Origin: Guillardia theta CCMP2712
Lineage: Eukaryota; Protista; Cryptophyta
Assembly (NCBI RefSeq): GCF_000315625.1
Contig: NW_005434668.1
Location: 115,184-179,183, forward strand
Direction: 5' to 3'
DNA: 64,000 bases
Numbering within the stretch: position 1 is the first letter of the stretch; every line of letters starts with the position of its first letter. Below, in pieces: positions 1 through 27,529 of the stretch. Below the pieces are notes generated by a model that did no database searches, was not told the DNA's origin, and saw nothing but the letters and a program-made list of their open reading frames with translations. Position numbers and translations under genes: made by a program.

Positions 1-1417
1 CTTCGAGAAGTCAAGTAGTTTGAACACGCCGTCACTGCGAGGCGTTGTGTTACAATAAATCAATCCCGTGACCATGCACCGTTGTGACTGAACCACACCA
101 GTGGCTGAGTCGATTCGAGTCAAATAACAGCAACAGAATCTAGAGTCGAGCACTGACTGTCGGATGCAAATACGATCCGATGTGAGGGGAGACCACTTGC
201 ACAGTCTGTGTCGGACCTGCTCTGTGACTCGCCTTGGAGTCCGGGCCGGGCGGCGGCACCGTGTGGCCGGTGTGAGCCTCCGGGGCCCGCCCGGCAAACT
301 TTCAAGTTACTATTTGATCTCAAGGGATCGCAAGCGGACGTTCAAGTGACACGGTGCGGGGGAAGAGGGGGGCATACAGTACTGTAGTAAATGCTCGATC
401 AAGAGCACAAAGGCGACTGAGGTACGAGAGACTGTACCGCTATTACCGATGGTAGAGATCGGATTGTATCGCTCAGACTTTTGGTTTGTACTCGATATGC
501 ACAAACTGGATCTCGTGGTACAAACATGGGAGTTGAATTCTTGTACCTATGCATACAACTCTCCAGTACCTTTCCCTCGTACATAGATTTTAATTTGAAC
601 TTATATTATTGTACATTTTCTTTTCGTACACCTTGATAATTATTTTTATTTAAATTATTTTAGTTGGTAGTATTTTGTCCTACTACGTATCTAACTATCT
701 TTCCATTCAATAAGTATTTTTGCTAGCCCCGCTTTCCCGCCTACAAAGCGGCAATTTTCCCCAAAGGGTGTCTCCAGATATTTATATTCAAATATTCAAT
801 ATTTGACTTCAAATAGGTATTCAAAAGTTCAAAATTTAGAGATAGTTTATTAAATTATGGATATATTTCGATTGACCTCAAAATTCTCCACCCACCGCCG
901 ACAAGAAAGGCAAACTTCGGAAAGGTTTCGCGCGCTCTTAACCTTCCCGCCCCCTTGCCCCTCCCATTCTGCTCCTCCCCCCTCCTGCTGTCCACGCACC
1001 ATCCTCTTTCCTCCTTCCCTCTGGTCCTTCCCTCTCCTCCTCCTCCTCCCTCATCCCTGCTCTTGCTCTTCTGCTGCTTTCCTGATCTCCCTCTCTCTCG
1101 CTTGCAAGCATTGCTTGCACTTTCCCATTTCCTTGCAGTCTTGGCTTCTTCCGAATCCAGATGCCATCGTATTGCTTCTCCCCGAACCTTGATTCACAGT
1201 CCTTTCTTTGCACCTTGCTGTCGCATCTGTTCTCACCCTTCGATCGCATAATTGTTATGTTGCTGTGTTGCATATGCATCTTCATCAAAAAGTTGTTCAC
1301 ACGCCTCGTACACATTTCTCTCCTTCAAGATCTCTGCGCTTTCCAATCCTATGGCAGTTCTGTGCTTGAATTGCTCTCTGACACTCTTCCTTCAGGTTCT
1401 CCACAGCCGTATCAAAC

Positions 1418-4027
1418 ATGTATGTCGTCAAGCGCAATGGCAAGATGGAGCGAGTTCAGTTCGACAAGATCACCTCAAGAATCTCGAAGCTCTCCTACGG
1501 CCTCAATCTCAACTTCGTAGAGCCCCTTGTAATAGCACAGAAATGCGTCAATGGTCTCTACTCTGGTGTCAAGACTTCCCAGCTGGATACCTTGGCTGCT
1601 GAAACTGCGGTATGTTGTTGTTGCGCGCACTCTCGATCTCATTTGGTTGGGACAGGCCTATCTCACGACAGAACATCCTGATTACTCCATTCTTGCTGCA
1701 CGTATTGCGGTCTCGAATCTCCACAAGCAGACCAAGAAGGTAAATGTCGTCGCTTGTCGATGCTCTCCTGACACATTGCTCAAGGTTTTCTCGGAAGTCA
1801 TGACCGACTGCTACACTTACGTCGACCCCTCCTCGGGAAGGAAGTCACAGTTGATTGCTGATGACGTGTACGAGATCATCATGGCAAACAAGGATCAACT
1901 TGACTCTGCTATCATCTACGACCGTGACTATAACTATGACTACTTTGGATTCAAGGTGCTTTCATCACTTTTCATCTATTTCATTTTCGTTGATCCTGCC
2001 TATGCAGACTCTTGAACGATCATACTTGCTCAAACTCAACGGCCAAGTTGCTGAACGTCCACAGCACATGCTCATGAGGGTTGCGATTGGAATCCACAAG
2101 CAAGACATTGCTGGCGCAATCGAGACCTACGAGTACATGTCACAGAAGTATTTCACACATGCTAGGTAGACGTGATGGTGCTGTGATGTGGGTATTCTAA
2201 CGTTCCTGCAGCCCGACTCTCTTCAACAGTGGAACCCCGCATCCTCAGATGTCTTCGTGCTTCCTGCTTCACATGAAGGATGACTCGATCGAAGGCATCT
2301 ACGACACCCTTAAGGTCTGTGCCCAGATCTCCAAGTCGGCCGGAGGGATTGGTCTTAGCGTGCACAACATCCGATCGCGAAACAGCTACATTCGAGGAAC
2401 CAACGGAACGTCAAACGGCCTTGTCCCCATGTTGCGAGTCTTCAACTCCACTGCTAGGTATGTCGACCAAGGCGGAGGGAAGCGCCCTGGGGCCTTTGCG
2501 ATCTACCTCGAGCCATGGCACCCCGATGTGTTCGAGTTCTTGGACCTGCGCAAGAACACTGGAACGGAGGAGAATCGCTGCCGCGACCTCTTCCTCGCCC
2601 TCTGGATCCCCGACCTCTTCATGGAGCGTGTGGAGAAGAACGAGGACTGGTGCCTCTTCTGCCCTTGCGAGTGCCCGGGGCTGAGCGACACTTGGGGCGA
2701 GGAGTTTGAGTCCCTCTATTTGAAGTACGAGAAGGAGAACAAGGCCCGCAAGACCGTTAGGGCTCAGGAGCTCTGGTTTGCCATCCTGGAGGCTCAGACT
2801 GAGACCGGAACCCCTTACATCCTCTTCAAGGACCACTGCAACCGCAAGAGCAACCAGCAGAACCTTGGCACGATCAAGTGCTCGAACCTCTGCACTGAGA
2901 TCGTGGAGTACACATCCCCTGACGAGGTGGCCGTCTGCAACCTGGCCTCCATCGGACTGCCGATGTTCATCCAGGACGGTCAGTTCAACCACCAGAAGCT
3001 CATGGAAGTCACCCAGGTGATCACCCGCAACTTGAACAAGATCATAGACGTCAACTACTACCCCGTCGAGGAGGCTCGCCTCAGCAACATGAGGCACCGA
3101 CCCATCGGCATCGGCGTGCAAGGCCTGGCCGACGTCTTCCAGAAGCTCCGCATGCCCTTCGACTCCGAGAGCGCCAAGGCCCTGAACCGCGACATCATGG
3201 AGACGATCTACTACGGTGCCGTGACTGCCTCCATCGAGCTCGCCGAGAAGTTCGGGCCCTACGAGACCTACCAGGGCTCTCCTGCCAGCAAGGGTATTCT
3301 TCAGTACGACATGTGGGGAGTCGAGCCTTCCTCGAGGTGGAACTGGGCTGAGGTGAAGGAGAACCTTGCCAAGCACGGAATGCGCAACTCCCTCCTGCTT
3401 GCTCCCATGCCGACCGCCTCCACCTCTCAGATCCTCGGTAACAACGAGTGCTTCGAGCCCTACACCTCCAACATCTACACCCGCCGCGTCATGTCTGGCG
3501 AGTTTGCCGTCGTCAACCCTCACCTGCTCAAGGAGCTGACCGAGCTCGGCCTGTGGAACAAGGATATGAAGAACCGCATCCTCGCCGCCCAGGGCTCCGT
3601 GCAGGGCATCTCCGAGATCCCCGAGGATGTGCGGGAGATCTACAAGACCGTGTGGGAGCTCAAGATGCGATCGCTCATCGACATGGCGGCTGACCGCGGC
3701 GCCTTCATCGATCAGAGTCAGTCGCTCAACCTCTTCATCGCGGCCCCCAACCCATCCAAGCTTACCTCCATGCACTTTTACTCGTGGAAGAAGGGACTCA
3801 AGACCGGTTGCTACTACCTCCGCACCAGGCCTGCCGCCGACGCCATCCAGTTCACTGTGGACAAGTCAGCCCTGCAGACCTCGAACAAGGAGAACGTGAT
3901 GCCCTCCAACACCATGGGGCAGCTCATGAAGAATGTCGACGACGACATCCGTCAGACTCAGTTGGCCGCCGCCAAGCTCGCCTGCTCCCTCAAGAACAAG
4001 GACGAGTGCCTGATGTGCTCCAGCTAA
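1418..4027 (+). CDS. RRM1: Ribonucleoside-diphosphate reductase large subunit (class Ia R1); 5 exons (GT-AG introns 1610-1655, 1740-1784, 1956-2007, 2166-2211)
   Basis: ATP-cone start [45 protein letters not shown] active site, [18 protein letters not shown]-terminal CLMC. All four introns splice in frame. Confidence 0.98.
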
Positions 4028-4110
4028 ACCCTCGTGCTGGCTCAGTGAGCTGGTGTTGTAATTTTCTCCCTGATTAAATTTATTAACAACGTGACTAAGT
4101 AGCTCCTCCG

Positions 4111-12506
<8,396 letters not shown>

Positions 12507-12727
12507 ACTTTTACAAACCCCATCAACCTTTTTTAGCTCTTTTTTTCTTTTACAGATCGGCGAGGCGGGTTGGGATGACCGTTCGGTGAACCGGAAGCAA
12601 CACCCCTACCCCGAATATTCCATCTCAAACTATTTCAAACTACCCGGTCCTGGAAGATCCACTCCCGTACCCACCCCTCCAATTAACCAAGAACCACCCT
12701 ACCCCCAATTGGATCCCCATAGGTGCA

Positions 12728-13561
12728 ATGCTACGAGGATTGGTGATGCTGAACGGCGGCTTCTTGTCGGGCCCGCACGAGTCGATCATGGGAGGAGGAA
12801 CACCGCTCTGCCCCTACGACAGCAATGGCGTCTGCTACTCTGATGGCACGGTAAGGTGCATGCAGCAGTTTCGCAGAGTAGTTTCCTTTCAACACGGCAA
12901 GGGTCGCGATGAGAGCTGTAGTCGTGCTGCTGTGCTCAGCATTGCTTGCATGCCTTTGTGTCTGCTGCGCTCTGCACTGTCGGTGAAGTGATAAAACGCG
13001 CTATCAAGAGCTTTGTAAGACTTTGAACATGATCTTTTGTTGGAAATGCTGTGCTGAATCGAGAACAATTGATGTGCACTCGTCCACTTGTGCGAACAGC
13101 TTTCAACATTTTCCTTGTTTCTGTTGCTGTTTTTGATATTTGGGCAGTTGCCTTACTGTGAATGCAACACTGGAAAGATTCCAGCAACCAGGGACACTGG
13201 CAACGGTCAAGTTTTGTGGGCGATTATCGCCTAGGTCATGTCTTTTATGTATGTTTGCAGAGCTAGAGAAGGTCGAGCCTGAAGATCTTCTGATGGAATA
13301 AAAGGGCGCTGTAAGATGAGCTGTTTAGCATCACGGTGGCTGAATGTTGCAGTGACGATCGAGTCGTTAGTGACAAGGTCTTGCAAACTTGATCTGGGCC
13401 ATAGAGGGAGGAGAATGAGTGCAGCACATAGAAACACTCACAAGGGAAAATGTATGCTGAGCTGAATAGTGGTGTCCATTCTTACAGCCTGTGGTGATGA
13501 CCACAGCAAGAATTTTGATGACGAGGAGGAGATCACGACATCGTTCTTTGAGATCGTGAAA
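12728..13561 (+). CDS. Hypothetical small multi-exon gene divergent from BTAF1 (3' extent uncertain)
   Basis: ATG-started exon MLRGLVMLNGG..LCPYDSNGVCYSDGT ends at a strong GTAAG donor (12851). A later AG/GT-flanked segment reads GDDHSKNFDDEEEITTSFFEIVK. No recognisable family. Confidence 0.3.
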
Positions 13562-14431
13562 GTGAGGAGAAGGAAGTGAAAGTTTTGCTGCGTTGCGAAC
13601 TGAGGAAATGAGCAAGAGAGGCAAGGCATAAGATACTGTTACTCCTGATATCTATCGGCAGACAAAGATAATTTGATGCCCCTCGTGTTGCCATTGTTTG
13701 AAACATCGAGTTGGGACCAGCGCTCAGTCCGCAGGAGAGAGTAGCCACAGCATGCACCACCGGCGAAGAAACTAACAGACACGGGACAAGAGGTTATGAA
13801 CTTTAGATGTTAGAAGAGTGACAAACAATGTTGTAGCGACGAAAAATACCGGTGAGGTTGGATACGATATCGTAACCTCAGGAAACGAACTGGACATCTT
13901 CAAACGACTTCCTTAGTCCGCGCGTGAAGTTTGAACGATGATATCTCTTGTCGGCATTCATTCATGTGAGATTGAGATGTGATTATTTCAGAAGATTGGT
14001 TGGTACATCTTCACTCAAAATGTCTTTTACCCATCTCGCGAAATGTCTTTTACTACAGTTCAACAACATTCGATCTCCGAGGTTCAAAATCCAATATGCT
14101 CTGACGTCTGACAACATTTGTTCCATCTTCAGGATCTATCCTCGTTCATCATTCATCATTCCTCTCTTCCCCTCCCCTCCTCTCCCCTCCTCTCGTCCCG
14201 CTTCTCATGGGGGGATAGCTTTGACCAGTTTACAAATACAGTTTTAATTTCCATTGTACAATACTTATTCAAAGGCGAAGGCTTAAAGGGAGAGCGAGTG
14301 AGGGAGAGCGAGTGAGGGAGGAAGCAAGTGAGGGAGGATGCAATATGCGTCAGAAGATTGTTCTCAGACTCCTCGCACCCTTCCTGCTCCTGCGGCATGA
14401 TAAAGAGTGATTGAGTATCCCATCTGCCGCC

Positions 14432-19676
<5,245 letters not shown>

Positions 19677-19789
19677 CGATCATATTGTAAAAATGTTGAA
19701 ACAAAACCACAAATCTATGAAAGTAACATGTCAATAACTTTCATCTTGTCGTCCTCAGTCACTCAGCGTCAAGTCCTCAGTACGACTGT

Positions 19790-20230
19790 CAAACTTGAAA
19801 CCCGGTTCAGAGAACGAGTCGGTTTCAGTGACAGTGACTCGGTGACTGCCAGGCAGTGGGCCGCCGGGCCGGGTGACCGTTGGCGACTTTGTGAGCCGTG
19901 ACAGGCGGTGAGTTACAACCGTGACTACATTGTCAGATCCTTGGAACTTCGGAAGTTCCGATGGGCTCGGTGCCCGGTCCGGTCCGAGTCGGAACTCATT
20001 TCGGGAGCTGACTCACTCTCACTGACCGTCGTGAGCCAGTGGCCCCTGACCGTCACTCTCAGTCGGAGCCAGTGGCCCCGGCCGCCGGTCGGGCCCGGGC
20101 CGGGCCCGGCGAGCGCCGGTGCCGGGCCCCCGGCACACGCCGCCCGGTCACGGGCAACTCAGTCGGACCTTTGCCGACCACAAAAAAATTTCTAGTTGGC
20201 TGGTGGGGCGGCCGGCGGCAATGACTTCAA
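19790..20230. other. Intergenic GC-rich palindromic motif island
   Basis: Dense CCGGG/GGCCC, GTGAC/GTCAC and GAGTC/GACTC words; contains GAACTTCGGAAGTTCCGA (19944-19961), repeated exactly at 54617. Confidence 0.6.
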
Positions 20231-21072
20231 AGGCAGAAGGAATGGATGATCATCCCCCTAGCTCAAGGCAGGGATAGAGGCTGTTCCTGATGAACACTTC
20301 TCACCTTCAAGGGTGGTAAAATCATGTAACTTCTGATGAGTCTTCATAGTAAAGGAACTTTTAACTTAGAATGTTGTAGTTGTTTTTAGTCAAATTTTGA
20401 TCACTCTGCAAAAAGAGACGAAATTTAGAACCCCTGTCGATAATTTCAAGGCGATCTGAGTGGGTGCGAGGAGAGGCCTTATGTGTTGGAGTTTATTGGG
20501 GAATGCGGTTGACACTTAATGAAAAACTGTTGATTGACAATAAACACAGACATAAAGCTTAAAACATGATAGGAGAATTTATAGTAAAATGTTTCCACAG
20601 AAGGATTTTTAATGTTTATACACCACCCCACGCAAACCTTGGAGGGACCACCCCCTTGGTTGTGATACGACTGGAGGGGTAGTGAAACGTGGGAATGCGA
20701 CTACCCACCCCGGTCATCAGTCGTCCGTGTCGGCAGACCCTGGCTAAAACCTTTATTTGGAGTCTGGCCTGCTTTAATATACTTATATATAAAACATCAT
20801 ACAAACACTCTAAAGTATGTACTTGCAAAAGAACTATGACTAATTGAATTTTAATAGAAATAACACAGATCAAAATCACAGAGAGCACGATTTTGATATA
20901 AAGTTTAAAAATTGATATAATATCGAGAATTGTGGTACTGAATCAATGCTATAACTATTTTATTTAAAAATGAAGTACTAATCTTTGTACTTTACAGCCA
21001 CTACCGAACATTCCCAGGGGGCCACTTCACTTACGGTGAGGGGGGTGGTAGCACATAAACACCTCAGCCGCC

Positions 21073-22367
21073 ATGCTCAAACGCCTTCTCCTCGTTGTCG
21101 CAGCCGCCGCTCCTGCCTTCTCGTTCGCGCCTTCCTCCTCCCTTCCTCTTGGAGGATGTGCAAGGAGAACTCCTTCGGTAAGCAGTTTCATGTGCAGCCC
21201 ATATCTCCCGTGTGAGCTCAGCGGAGTTGATCCTGACAAAAAATGCTTTCGGCTCGATGTTCTTTGTTCTCCCCCTCCGTTGTTCCTTTTTATGAGATGT
21301 CTTGGAACTCAAATCCACCTTGAGTTTGATATCATGAGCAAGCAAAGTTTTTCCGTCTCAGGAAAGATTGCAATCACGCCAATGTACATGCGAAATATTA
21401 TGTGTCATTCTTTGAAAGACGGAATTCTCATCATGTCTCTCAGCGTGGTTGATATTGCGTGTGACTGTGATTGAATGAGAATGTATGTGCATGGCATGAC
21501 TGGTTTATCAGGCCATGCCTTTGAAGGCTGTCATGTCCACCCCTACCGAGGAGAAGGTGAACTTGGGTCTCGCTAAGATCTGGGCCGAGGACGTTGATCA
21601 GGTGGGCACAGAGAGGAAGTTCAGTGGTGTGCCTTGCTGATTGCTTTGCAGGCTAAGGATGTTTTCTCCTTCCTCCAGTCCAAGACTTACAGCAAGGAGA
21701 GGGAGGGATTCTTTTTCGGAGACGTTTTCGCCGATGGCGTGATCAGGAACGGAGGGTTCACTGAGTTCGCCGAGACTGTCAACGGACGCGTTGCCCAGCT
21801 TGCCTTCCCCCTTGCTATCGGAGAGACCTTCAACGGCGATCTCTTGACCCAGATCGCTGACCACCCCCTCAAGGTTCGGGTTTTGGCACGGGTTCTCCTG
21901 GGAGTGACAAGCTGACTTAGGTTCTCCTCCTTTGTGCGTTCGTCACCTATGCCTCCCTCCCCCCCTTGTTTGAAGCCCGTCAGGACGATCGCAGGGGAGC
22001 AAGGTACCTGCTGTGCGCTGGTGCGGGGGAATGCGCTGATATGACACCTGCAGTGTGTTCAAGGCCGCTGTGCCTCCTGAGGTCAGGAAGGGTCTTGTCA
22101 GCGTCTTCGAAACCTTTGAGCTGAACAAGTGAGAAACATTTTCCCATTTAATTCTCCCTCTCTCTGTCTCTGCTTTCTACTTCTCTTTCTCCTTCTCTTT
22201 CTCCTCTCTTCCTCTCTGTCTTCTCCCTCCCTCCCTCCCTCTCTCGTCCTCACTTGTATTGATGAATGTGAACTTTCAGGGTCTTCAGCCCGGAGGCTGA
22301 GCTTACCAACTCCCGTGCCGCCATGGTTGCCATGGGATTCTACCTCTTTACCGCTGCACTCTTCTAG
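21073..22367 (+). CDS. Plastid-targeted light-harvesting-like protein (ELIP/LHC-like, two chlorophyll-binding motifs), multi-exon
   Basis: Leader MLKRLLLVVAAAAPAFSF; motifs EFAETVNGRVAQLAF and PEAELTNSRAAMVAM (ExxN-x-RxA); stop at 22365-22367. Confidence 0.85.
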
Positions 22368-22836
22368 ATCGATAAACCTTATGCCCTCGAAATGTTGCCT
22401 TCGATTCCACGTCATCATTGCCTCGGACCACTCATCCATCATGGATCAAGGCTCGACAAACTGAACTATAAAGCTATCCAGCATAGCTTTCAACGTCTCG
22501 AAACCAGTACTGCAGACATGCAAGAGAATGCGAGGAAGATACTGTCATCACTGAAAATGATTCGCTCTACATTTGTTGTGTACGACGCCCAAGAAAACAG
22601 AACCTTTCAGGTGAGACGTATAACAAGGTACATGCACTACTTGTGAGACAAGATGTCAATGAGTCCGGAAGCTGTGTGAGACCGTCGCACAGATATCAAC
22701 GCGATCGACATCGCACAGATATCAACGCGATCAGACATAAAAAGAGCAAACGATCTCGCTGTCTTCATTCATTCATTTCACCAATCTTGAATTTAAGTTT
22801 CACTCCCTCACATATTGTACAATGAACATACAATGT

Positions 22837-23884
22837 CTACCAAGACCCGATGGTTGTGCTTGGAGCAAGGTTCATTTGAACACATGTCAAGGCCATTGGT
22901 CTGTTGCTCAGCAATGAAAGAATGTTCAGCTGGTTGGATTTGGCAAGAAAATTGATCTGCTGCTGAAGCAGACTGCTGTTTAGCTGATTGCCGAGAGGAG
23001 CAGAAAGGGGCAGATGCAGCTGAGCTAGCGATGAACAGGCTTGAAAATTTGGAATGCTCCTTTGCGTGCAAGCGAGAAGTTTGCTCAAATCGATAGCCAG
23101 CTCTGGTCTGCTGGTAGAGGATACCTCAGTCTTGACACCACAGGGAACAGAGGGTGACGTCGCAAACGACGGGAGACAGTCTTTGCTCGAGCTGAGGTCA
23201 GACGACGGAGAGCTCACTTCTGAAACGGGCGACTTGGAGTCATCGCTGGCAGAACAAGCGGATGTTGATCCGTTGTCCTTTCCCTTGCCGGCCTTCCCTC
23301 GGTTCTGGACGTATCGCTGGCTCCCATCCCACTGAAAGCTTCGGCTGCCCTCGAAATCAAAGCCATGGCTCGCTCGCTTGGTGCGCTCCGTGGGAAAGAA
23401 CCCCAGCCTTCTCAGGATCTGATACAACGAGTTCGGCTTGTATTCCTTGCCCTCCTTGCCCTCCATGAACCATTCCCGTCTTCGCCTCTGCCACTCTTCC
23501 ATCATCCCGTCATTGACCGTCCATCCAGCTATCCCTCTCAGCGTAGGAGGAACATCGCCCATATGTCTTGTCACAACACCGTCCTTCTCTAGCAGCTCCA
23601 GAAACTTAAGAAAGCTCGGTCCACCACCATTCTGGAAAGAAAGCGTGAGAAAAAAGAACCAAAGTCAACAACGTCATGCACACCTCTTTGCCTTCCTTCT
23701 CGCCATCCGAATCAGAGCTTGACCTCGAGCGCTTGGCAGATCGATGAGTTCCTGCCGGCAGGTCTTCCAATGCCGTCTGGTAGGAGATCTTGCGCTTCGG
23801 GCCGACATGCGCACTAGCGTCCACAGATTCTAGGTTGATCGAGCATTCCACAGCATCAACGAGGCCGTTCAACAATCCCGTCAT
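22837..23884 (-). CDS. Hypothetical protein, possible divergent HSF-type DNA-binding domain
   Basis: Intron 23683-23632 joins two ORFs in frame. SFLKFLELLE...NSLYQILRRLGF loosely resembles the HSF helix1/helix3 pattern; Ser-rich tail. Confidence 0.55.
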
Positions 23885-26389
23885 GATCGCTTCTCCACCA
23901 GGATGAAAGAGTGCAGCGATGAAGGCAGATCAGGAACAGGAACAATGAAACAAACCGTGCAGGCAGGTTTCGAAAGATTGTTTGCAGGTATGAACAAGTA
24001 AAAGGCCAGAAAGAAGAGCAGGAGATAATCTGGGAGGAGTTCGTAGCCTAGCAGCAAAGGAAGAGAGAGGGGTAGACGGGGAACGCGTGGGCACGTGGCG
24101 ATAGGGCGGCGGCAGCAGAGGATGGTGGCAGGGAGACAGACTAGGGGAGGTGAAATAAAGGAAAGTGGCCCAAAGAGTCTGAGACGCGCACGGGATCAGC
24201 TAGTCGGGGTGGGTGGGGGTGTCCTGGTAAAGTGGCGGAATGGGTAGGGTATGTTTGACCCCAGGGTATGGATTACGCCCTTTTTACTGGAGGACCGGTA
24301 CAGCTTTTTCGAGGTACCTAAGTTGACCGGTGCAAATATGGTTCGAATGATCTGCTCGAAGACTGGGGTGATCATTGGTAAATTTGGGGGTCTAACGGAA
24401 CATGAGCACAGCAAGTGAGATCAATGGTAGGGGTCAGGAGGACCAGGAAGGAATAAAGTGGGGGGTAAAAATATTTGGATACGGTGGTAACTCGTTAGGG
24501 TGGGGTAGTCTGGAGATGGGGTGGGGTTGAGTTTGCAATTGTGGTACCGGAGACCCGAGACCTAAAAAAAAGAAAGCAGTTGGGGATGACACCGGACCTC
24601 CGGGAATAAACTAAGGAAACCATAGCTTTTCGTATCTTAAAATCATTTTGAAGACTGAGAGCACAACCTTTCGTGTTCAATGGGTGTCCTCACTTTACTA
24701 CCTTACATGCTGACTAGCTTTACCTGCTTGGTACCCCTCCCCAGTTCAAAGGATAAGCGATTCCCACATCCAGAGGATCCAGCTGCCAAGTCCGAGCACC
24801 AGCTGTACCTCACCGATTTCCTTCACTTACCCCTAGTCTAGAAGGTATGGCCACCTCCCCATGGTATGAACCCCTGGTTGCATTACACACGCCAAAAGGG
24901 CACCCCCCACCCTCCAGATACACTACAAACATAACCTCCACCTGATCCTTCTGATTCCTTGACGGAAAAATGTTCATAGTACTAATATGCCCGTGACAAC
25001 TTCCTGGAGCGATGCGTTTGCTGTAAAATAATTTCAGTTCTTGACGGTAATTTTGAAATAATCAAATGTTTGACCGAATGACATATTACATGACTAGATG
25101 TTTCAAAGGGTCAGAGGAAATTGACTGCGCCGTGCCCAGGCCCTTCAAGCTGTATAGATTCTTACTGCTGCCGTGACTGAGCGATCGCGGCCATGTGACA
25201 TAGCACCCCTCGGAGCTCCGCAAGAGTTGACTGGACGCAATCTTGCAGCCCCTCCTGATCTTCTTGCGAAGCGTTGTGGAATTCTGTTAGGGAAGACTGT
25301 GAATGACGGACGTGACGGATCATCCCCGCAAGGCCCACCCAGCTTACAGGTGCCGTAGTGTACCCCATGTCGACGACCACTTGCCAAGAGCCTCGTCCCT
25401 GCAATGGTTGATTACGGAGGGGAGGCCCGACATTACATCGGATATAAACTCAATAGGATGTCCCACCCTTGGGTAGGACCTCGATATGGCTTTCTATGCC
25501 GTGACGACCTTAAGAAGTTTACTGCCTGGCACGGCGCGGTAGTGTGTGGGATCGATTCGGAGTTCATTGTTAGAGTACCCTACCCCCTGTCGCACGTCCA
25601 TATTGAGGGTGGTGATTACTTATCACCCCTACATGTTTTACTTCGTTCCCGTGCACACTTTTAAAAAGTATTTATAAAATCATTTTACAGGCTCGTTTTT
25701 AAACTATAATTTCTGCAACTTAAAACTGAGTCACGGCACGAATTGGAAGTTGGCCTCTAAGTTGTTTTTTCTGTTTTTTTTCGTCATGGGAGCAGGGAAC
25801 AAACAAGTTGCGAGTCAAGTTGCGAGGGAAGTGGCAGGCGTCCGCGGCCGAGGGCTGGCGGCCCATGCCATGTCATCATTGGGAAGAGTTGATCAGGGTC
25901 AACGAGGACAAGGACGTGGTGATGTAGTATGTCACTTCGGATAAGAAGGGACCCAACGCTGTAGATTTCAGTTTTTTACTAGAATTCATCATGAGAGAAG
26001 AAAAGCACTTCTGGATTTGTCTACGATTCTACAGCATTCTTGGCAGGATAGCCGCAACTTAGGGGTTCTAGTAATTCAGTCAAGAGTGCAGGAGGGAGCT
26101 ATTAGTGATAAACAATGTAAAACAGGAAATAGATCGGATCATCTAATTTGTAACATGTGATTATCTTGGAGACATGCTTTCTGTACGCCACCAAGTAACC
26201 TCTCCCATGTCTTGGAATTTGTCTTCAATATGTTGCACTGCAGATACAAGATTAGCGGCACAATGCACATTGGCTTGCTTGAAGATGTTGATGTCTCAAA
26301 TATCATTTGTTGTTGTGAAACATCACATGTTTGTTTCATTGTTCCACAAATGCATGCTAGGGCGCTTGTGTTGGACTCTATTTTAAACT

Positions 26390-26817
26390 TGTTACGATGT
26401 AGCCAGAAATTGCAGTATTTCGATACTGCAATAGACAGAGTAATTTGTCTGTCCCACATCCCAAATGAAGGAGTGATGGGTTTTATCCGGGGTCATGACG
26501 GAGATTTTTGCGCGAGACAACAACTACCCCACAGCATGTAGTCTCTTGAATAAAGTTCTGCCCCGACTACCAAGTTGTGTGCAGATCAACATCTCCAAAA
26601 GCATTCATGCCTTAACCTTCGAATTTTACTGATCCGATGATAAGAAATACCATCCCGCATCTGCCCATTGTGCTGGCATCAACCATGGTGATGTAGTAGT
26701 TCTGTTCAATGATAGTCTGTGATGATTCAGCCACGGAGAAAAAGTTTTCAAGTCTTTTAGCCATCGTTTTCTGGCACCTTTGCTATGACTATTGGCCTGG
26801 CAGTGCGTGATCATCAC
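26390..26817 (-). pseudogene. Possible degenerate BIR (IAP repeat)-like sequence
   Basis: LKTFSPW...PAQWADAGWYF, then CCG...P*NP..H and SKYCNF in BIR-like order, but interrupted by stops. Confidence 0.25.
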
Positions 26818-27529
26818 TGATATCCGTGGCCGCGACGGATCACCGTGTAACCGCCTTTGACCGCTCTTTGACTTTGGTCTAGGTGCGAGTTTGCGGGAGC
26901 GTATCAGAGCAAAGAAAGCGAAGTTTTCTGAGTCCTGAGCACTCCAAGAAAGCGCAGAAAGAGCGTATCAGAGCTCATAGGATAGCGAGCCCAACACAGG
27001 AGTGGTCAACACTCGAAATGTGGACAGCACACAAGGATAGCCTCTACAACTATCCAGACGAAAGACAGTGATTCTCTAACGGCTACTTTGGTTCAGAAGT
27101 CGGACCCCTCCGGGACGGCTTCCCTATCAAGCACCGGTGGAGCTCTCCTTTCTGGTAGAAACAAGAACAGGAGCAGCGCATGGACCAAAGGGGCCATAGC
27201 GACGGCACGAGGCAGGAAGACTCGTGCAAGCGAGGACCACTACCCCTGGGACTTCCACAGGGCTATAAAAGGATCAAGATCTTCATCTCTAGGTGGTCTG
27301 TCTTCCCTCCCTCTGTGTACCACGCATTTCCCTGTGTTGGTGTGGTTGCTGCAATAAAGCTTGATAATACTGTCTAGCACCTTCTGTGTGATCCAGCGGA
27401 GGTTCTTTGAGCATTCGCTTGGCTTGTGTGCAACCCGTAAAGCTTCGGGGTGTAACATAAATTGGTCACCGTGATCATGACTGTGATAGACAACAGTTAA
27501 GTTATAGTACAAACAATGGCCCGCGCCAG

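Noticed and set aside
2411-3775. 454-aa antisense ORF over RRM1 (and similar shadow ORFs over BTAF1, the channels and GAPDH)
   Set aside because: Expected by-product of high GC3 codon bias on the true coding strand; no independent motifs.
19790-20230. CRISPR-like or MITE interpretation of the palindromic islands
   Set aside because: No regularly spaced direct repeats with spacers, and no terminal inverted repeats or target-site duplications visible.
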